Assembly (NCBI GenBank): GCA_030167865.1
Contig: JALAGF010001367.1
Coordinates: forward strand, 1-34,887
Reading direction: 5' to 3'
DNA: 34,887 bases
Source of the DNA: Craspedostauros australis
Lineage: Eukaryota
This document shows positions 30,657 through 34,887 of the stretch, piece by piece. The translations under genes and the position numbers were made by a program. Numbering within the stretch: position 1 is the stretch's first letter; every line of letters starts with the position of its first letter. The notes beneath the pieces were generated by a model. It did no database searches. It worked only from the letters and a program-made list of their open reading frames with translations, and was not told the DNA's origin.

Positions 30657-33102
30657 TTATTCTTGGTCCTCGCCCCCGCCTTTGCTTGGAGCGGGTGGCT
30701 GGACTTCGGACGCCGCGAGTTGGGCGCGCAAGGCCGCGATGATGGTTTCCTGACTGGCTATCGTGTTCTTTTGTTCTTGCACTCGAACACGACTCGCCTC
30801 CAATTCCTGAGCTTCTCTGGCCATTCGCATGGCTTCCTCCAGTTCTGCTTCGATCGCTTCTCTCTCATCTGCTGCTGTTTGTGACTCTGGAATTGTGTAT
30901 CTAGATGATGCTTCTGATTTCCCATACTCCGTTCCAAAGGTCTTGTAGCTTTCGTCTTCCAGTCGTGCCTTCTTGCGCTTTGGTGCTTCGTCGTCCGCTT
31001 CCATGATGTTGATTCCTTCGATGACTACATTGCCGAATCCTTCATCCAAGAGAAAGTCCATCTCTTCTTCGGTCTCTACGTCCACGTATTCTCCGTTTGT
31101 GTCTTTGATCATGTTGCTGCTCATGGCCACGATGTCTTCAGAAAACCACTTGTTGGTGGACTCGTTGATCTCCGAGGAGCATCTGATCCCGATGGTGTGG
31201 ATCAATCCCACCGCTTGTGCATATCGCTCTTCGAATGCAACGATGTGGATTGCGTCCTCCTTCCCGTCCGACATGTGTGTTGTGCTGACGTCGTGGATCA
31301 TTGGACATCCGTCAATGGTTTGGTTGGCGAGGAATTCCCGAAGCGTGATTGTCTGGGTCTCTGGGTCTTTCACGTCCAGTGCGAAGTCGCCCTTGAGCTG
31401 CTCGTACTTGAGCCGGCGGACGTAGCTTTGATGCTTGCGGGTCATCGCCTGCACCTTCGCGGCTGTCTTTGCCCCCATCACTGATGTCCCTGGCTTTGGG
31501 ACATACCTGTAGTTGAGTCCACCTTGATCGCCTTCTTTTGTATTGAAGATCTTTCCCAATAGTTTGGAGGCCCTTCGAGCATCTTTGACATCTGCATGAA
31601 GATGCAGGGCCATCCACGGGGCGTTGTACCAACTTCCGCCTAGTTGAAGATGTTGCTCCTTCACTTCTTCTGACACCTTCCCCATGTACTTCACCCTTCC
31701 TCCGACTTTGAGTTTCGCGCGTTTGCCTTCCAGCAGCCGATTGATGATCGCGAGAGCCTGTTTTGGTTTGGTGAAGTTTCCTGAGTACGCCATGAATCCA
31801 ATCTCCGTTGTGTGTTCTGCATCCTTGAGATCTTGAATGTATGAGTATTCACCTTCAAGATAGGCGCCCTCGAGCTCCGTGTTCCAGCTCGTGAACATTT
31901 GCATGTCCATGTTCGATGATAGGAGCACCTGGAGATATACATCCTCGCTCTTTGACGTTGGGTTGGCTCTACCAATGAAGTACCGAAGATCTTTCCATGC
32001 TGCGGGAATGTCATCCGCCGTGACTATGCAGCCTTTGGCTTTGTTCTTCTTGTACCAAGGGCTGATGATCAAGCTTTTGTCCATCCCCAGAGCTTCTTCA
32101 TACCACAATCGAAAGCGCTCCTGGAAGTCTCTGACCGGCGTTTTGGATCCTTTGGGAATCTTCAATCTCATTTCGAACCGCTCGTAGTATCTTCGCTTGG
32201 GACTTGACATCTGTGGGACAGGTTTCTTCTGCAAGATGGTCCAACCTTCGCCTTCGTCGTTGTTGCCACGTGTTTGACTCTCTTTGGTGGTTGGAGCTCG
32301 TGCAGCTTTGAGGTTACCTGCTGCGTCCCGCGGGGCTGGTGATGTGATTCTTGTTGCTGTTGTGTAGGCTGTGAGGTTGGCTTGCTTCAGAGGCTTCTTC
32401 GTCATGAGGGCTTCCAGATCATAACTTTCGTCATCACTGTCCACCTTTGTCTTCTCGTTGTCAGAATCGACTTCCGGCGGAGCTTGCTCGTCCATGTATT
32501 GGCAGCCCATGTAGTTCGTTGCCGCTGCCCATAGAATGGTCATCTGATTAGCTGCCATGGTCTTGTTGCCGGGCTTGAGGGCGTCTGCAAAGCATCGGAT
32601 GGGATTTGTGAGAGACAGGTCTGCCACGAGTTGTTTGATGGCAACTCGTGCCGGATCATCCGAAGTCACTTTTGTTTTCCCCAACTTGGTTGTGCGCCCG
32701 TCCATCACCGTCTGAAAAAAAGCCTGTCATCTCGCTTATGGTTGGCATGTGCGCCGACACCATTGATGTGTCGCTTTTCTCCCACCTCGCTTTCATGACC
32801 AGGGTCTTCTTCGTCTGGTTATGCAGTGCTCTGTCCTCTTCTCCATACGTCTCGTCTGGCCGAAAGGCTTTGGCTTGTTGAATGATGGTGTCATGAAGCT
32901 TCTTCCACCGCGCAGTGTTCGGGTCTTTCCACGTCGTCGCTATTTCCCCTCTTTTCTCCATCGCCTCTTCTTCGATTGCTCTCGGATTTGGCTTGGGAGG
33001 CGGCTTTGGAGCTGCTGTCTGCACAGCTTGTCCTTGCTCGTCCATCATCTCAACGTCGTCGGCTTTGTCGTCTGCGATTCTAACATGTTTGATTGCCTTC
33101 AT
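30657..33102 (-). CDS. Retrotransposon ORF1 (about 814 aa if fused), split into 33102-32656 and 32708-30657 by a +1 shift at a T7 run (32715-32721)
   Basis: Removing one T gives …MTGFFQTVMDGRTTKLG… continuous. The degenerate copy reads through the equivalent region in one ORF. The C-terminus has a coiled-coil-like E/A/R-rich segment. Confidence 0.82.
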
Positions 33103-33227
33103 GGTCGTGTCGGTATCTTTCGTGTCACGTAGAATTTGCTGTAGTTTGAGTACTGATTTTTGTTGATGTGTTTCTTTTTTGTGTTTATCTAGTGTTATCG
33201 TTTGTTTTGTTTTTTCGGGTTCTGGTA

Positions 33228-33243
33228 TGACGGCAAAACAAGA
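33228..33243. repeat. Target-site duplication, right copy (TGACGGCAAAACAAGA)
   Basis: Identical to 24857-24872. Confidence 0.93.
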
Positions 33244-34418
33244 TACGGCATACGTAGCCGTAGGTGTGACGCCTCTTCATTTTGTTTCTCCCATCCTTTG
33301 TCGTGAACAGAGGCCGTCGAAATCCGCCGAATAATCCACACCCAAAGACTCTCTGTATTCTACAATAGTTGTTTGCTTGGCGTCACTGGCATGGTAGTGA
33401 TCTCTGCGAATCCATCCCTGGCGAACGAGGCATTGTTAACTTTCCTGCTGCATCTTCTGTTGCTCACAGGAATGTAGGTTTGGTTTGGCCAGATCGTTGC
33501 GATCAAATCTGTCGTGAATTCTTGCTCTTGTGTTGTTGGAAGTGACAGTTCGGTTGGACGGGTATGTTGAACGGTCAATGTCAACACAGACACTGACCGT
33601 TCATATGTGGTCACCACTGACGTGCGATAGGACTGTTGCACGTTTGGGAACTGAAGCGCACAACGGGCTGATGTTGTTGCGATTACCGCATCTCGCCCTT
33701 TCTCGGGAGAGAGTGAGAGGAAGTGGTGGTCCTTCAGTTGCTCGCCTACGACAAAGATTGGGCCAAGGGCAAGTACTGTAACCACCAAACCATCATCAAT
33801 CGATTCGTTACTTAATTCGTCACTTTGGTGCTCAGACTGATTGGGGGTGCCGACAATCACACCTCTGCCCCAGGTTGTCACCGTCCTCGAGACTGAAGAT
33901 GGAGCATGCAATGAATGCAGAATCATCATCTGCCCGCCACCTGTCCGTCCTAATCGAAACAAACCAGACAGCATTCTGCAGTATCTAGTGCTTGTCTCAA
34001 TCTGCTGCACCAACATCGTAGTCTCCGCATTGTCATCTCCCACCCCTTACCACATCCCATGTCATGCCATGATAAGATCATGCACGGCATGACATGACAC
34101 CAAGCATGATCATATCCGCAGAGTTTTCATGCTGCAACAAGACTATGCTGCACATCTGGTGGAGCTATCGCTCCTGGCGCTGCTGCCATCCGCCATCCAC
34201 CATCGTGCTAATAATATACTAATCATACGTTTGCTCGCTTGCTGTTTTGTTGTTGTTGTTGGTTTGTGTTAGACTGTTAGAAACACCACGTGAAGAACGG
34301 TGCTAGAAATCAAAATTATTGGGACATGCAATGTGGTTGCCGCTGCTGTTGCTGCTGCCGTTTCTGCTGTGAGAGGCAATTCGTAAACACCAGGGGACCA
34401 CTGGCTGGCTGCTGTTGC

Positions 34419-34887
34419 CTAGGCCTCATCATCCTTGTCGTCCTTTGGCTCTGGGACGGCCAAGGTGCTCTTGGTCTGGACTGGGGCGTCCTCTCCACAC
34501 AAAAGACCGGCGTGGCCCTTGATGTTGATGAGGACGGAGAAGAAGGCGGATCCCAGAATGGTGCAGCCCATGATGACGAAGGCGCTCTTGTATCCCAGCT
34601 GACGGAATCCAAGTCCGAACCCAACGGCCCCAGAGTTGCCTCCGGCTCCGACGATTCCAGAGATGGATCCTGTGGCCGGTGGGTCGACGTATGGGACGAT
34701 ACCGTAAGTGGATCCCTCGGCGGCCTGGACGAACAGAGAGAAGAAGACCATGACGGCGATGGCAGCTCCGAGAGTTCCGGTGTTGGCGAAGACCAGCACA
34801 AGGGCTCCCTCGCAGAACAGGAGGATGGTCTGGACCCAGATGCGTCCGCGCATTCCGATGCTGGCGTTGGCCTTGTCACTGAGGAAG
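34419..34887 (-). CDS. NRT2: High-affinity nitrate transporter NRT2 (NNP family, MFS), 3' part; 5' end outside window
   Basis: FLSDKANASIGMRGRIWVQ…FVQAAEGSTYGIVPYVDPPATGSISGIVGAGGNSGAV matches the nitrate-signature region of NNP transporters. Confidence 0.92.
   Translation of the reverse strand, partial: FLSDKANASIGMRGRIWVQTILLFCEGALVLVFANTGTLGAAIAVMVFFSLFVQAAEGSTYGIVPYVDPPATGSISGIVGAGGNSGAVGFGLGFRQLGYKSAFVIMGCTILGSAFFSVLINIKGHAGLLCGEDAPVQTKSTLAVPEPKDDKDDEA

Larger units (their letters stand above)
24873..33227 (-). mobile_element. Full-length non-LTR retrotransposon (about 8.36 kb; ORF1 + APE-RT-RNaseH-CCHC ORF2; Ambal-like architecture)
   Basis: Perfect 16-bp TSD, short (TTAT)3 3' tail at about 24873-24884, A/C-rich 5' UTR and an uninterrupted 1842-aa ORF2. 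Clade assignment is from domain layout and host type, not from a tree. Confidence 0.95.

Noticed and set aside
33360-34043. 227-aa minus-strand ORF downstream of NRT2
   Set aside because: GTG start and no recognisable domain. It may be part of a spliced gene but is unsupported from sequence alone.
1-34887. CRISPR arrays, LTRs, rRNA genes, prokaryotic operons
   Set aside because: None seen. The tandem repeats are microsatellites without spacers, and the retroelements lack LTRs, integrase and protease.

Overview
Eukaryotic nuclear DNA, most consistent with a diatom (GT-AG introns, NRT2, a diatom-type protein family, and non-LTR elements with the Ambal-type layout). The left half holds housekeeping genes: a 3-exon DIS3/RRP44 (-), a divergent 2-exon FUN14-like membrane protein gene (+), a 2-exon RPS7 (-) and two paralogous uncharacterised genes with an RVxF-like motif (1604-2146, 14639-15379). 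The right half is dominated by two related minus-strand non-LTR retrotransposons flanking a tRNA-His(GTG) gene. One is a near-intact 8.36-kb copy (24873-33227) with a 16-bp TSD, ORF1 and an APE-RT-RNaseH-CCHC ORF2, inserted about 130 bp downstream of the tRNA. The other is an old, CpG-depleted copy (about 18330-23501) lacking EN and RT. Its ORF1 is interrupted by a 167-bp insertion with an 8-bp TSD that carries a complete Pol III tRNA-like cassette (TATA, box A, box B, T-run). The two elements share a conserved structured 3' UTR. The window ends in the 3' part of an NRT2 nitrate transporter gene. All calls are from manual reading, and no database searches were run.
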